NCBI GenBank assembly: GCA_964016885.1
Contig: OZ024743.1
Location: forward strand, 148,676,001-148,740,000
DNA: 64,000 nt
Source of the DNA: Eledone cirrhosa
Taxonomy: Eukaryota
Direction: 5' to 3'
Shown in pieces: positions 63,824 through 64,000 of the stretch (the first letter of the stretch is position 1; every line of letters begins with the position of its first letter). A program made the translations under genes and the position numbers. Below the pieces are notes generated by a model. The model searched no databases. It saw only the letters and a list, made by a program, of their open reading frames with translations, and was not told where the DNA came from.

Positions 63824-64000
63824 CAGGCATGTCAAACTGAGGGTACCCCGATGGCCACATGGGTCACAAATATGTTGTCTGAGGGCCACACATGACAACT
63901 AATTGCGCACATTACAACTAATTTTTTTATTTTATATTTATTATGAAGATAAAACATGATAAAAACTTTGTGCAGGCCACAGGTGTGCTTGAAAAGGGCT
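63824..64000. mobile_element. hAT (Charlie-like) MITE left end, running off the window
   Basis: Starts caggcatgtcaaac and has repeated ggccac subterminal motifs. Confidence 0.5.

Overview
Very AT-rich animal non-coding DNA (intergenic or deep intron), dense with (TA)n/(CA)n/(CAT)n/(GA)n microsatellites and transposable elements. The repeat landscape suggests an octopus/cephalopod-type genome (inference from recognition, not a search). Almost all ORF-track entries are microsatellite translations, and no host gene can be firmly supported. Real coding signal is TE-derived: (1) a near-intact RTE-clade LINE at about 28.55-32.56 kb (-) with APE endonuclease, YADD reverse transcriptase and a C4HC3 PHD-type finger; (2) a 5'-truncated relative at 6.2-7.8 kb; (3) a Rex3/Expander-like RTE fragment at 23.3-23.6 kb; (4) a decayed hAT transposon at 25.35-27.38 kb with TIR and 8-bp TSD; (5) a Naiad-type Penelope-like GIY-YIG fragment at 59.8-61.35 kb; (6) a CRE-like restriction-endonuclease remnant at 62.6-62.8 kb. 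There are at least three tRNA-derived SINE families (one shares its 3' tail with the RTE LINE) and several MITEs. The most notable patterns are several minimal hammerhead-ribozyme motifs in or near (TA)n tracts, recurrent fold-back inverted duplications at truncated ends of retroelements inserted in (TA)n, and a perfect 99-bp copy of nearby DNA inserted into an RTE-derived element.
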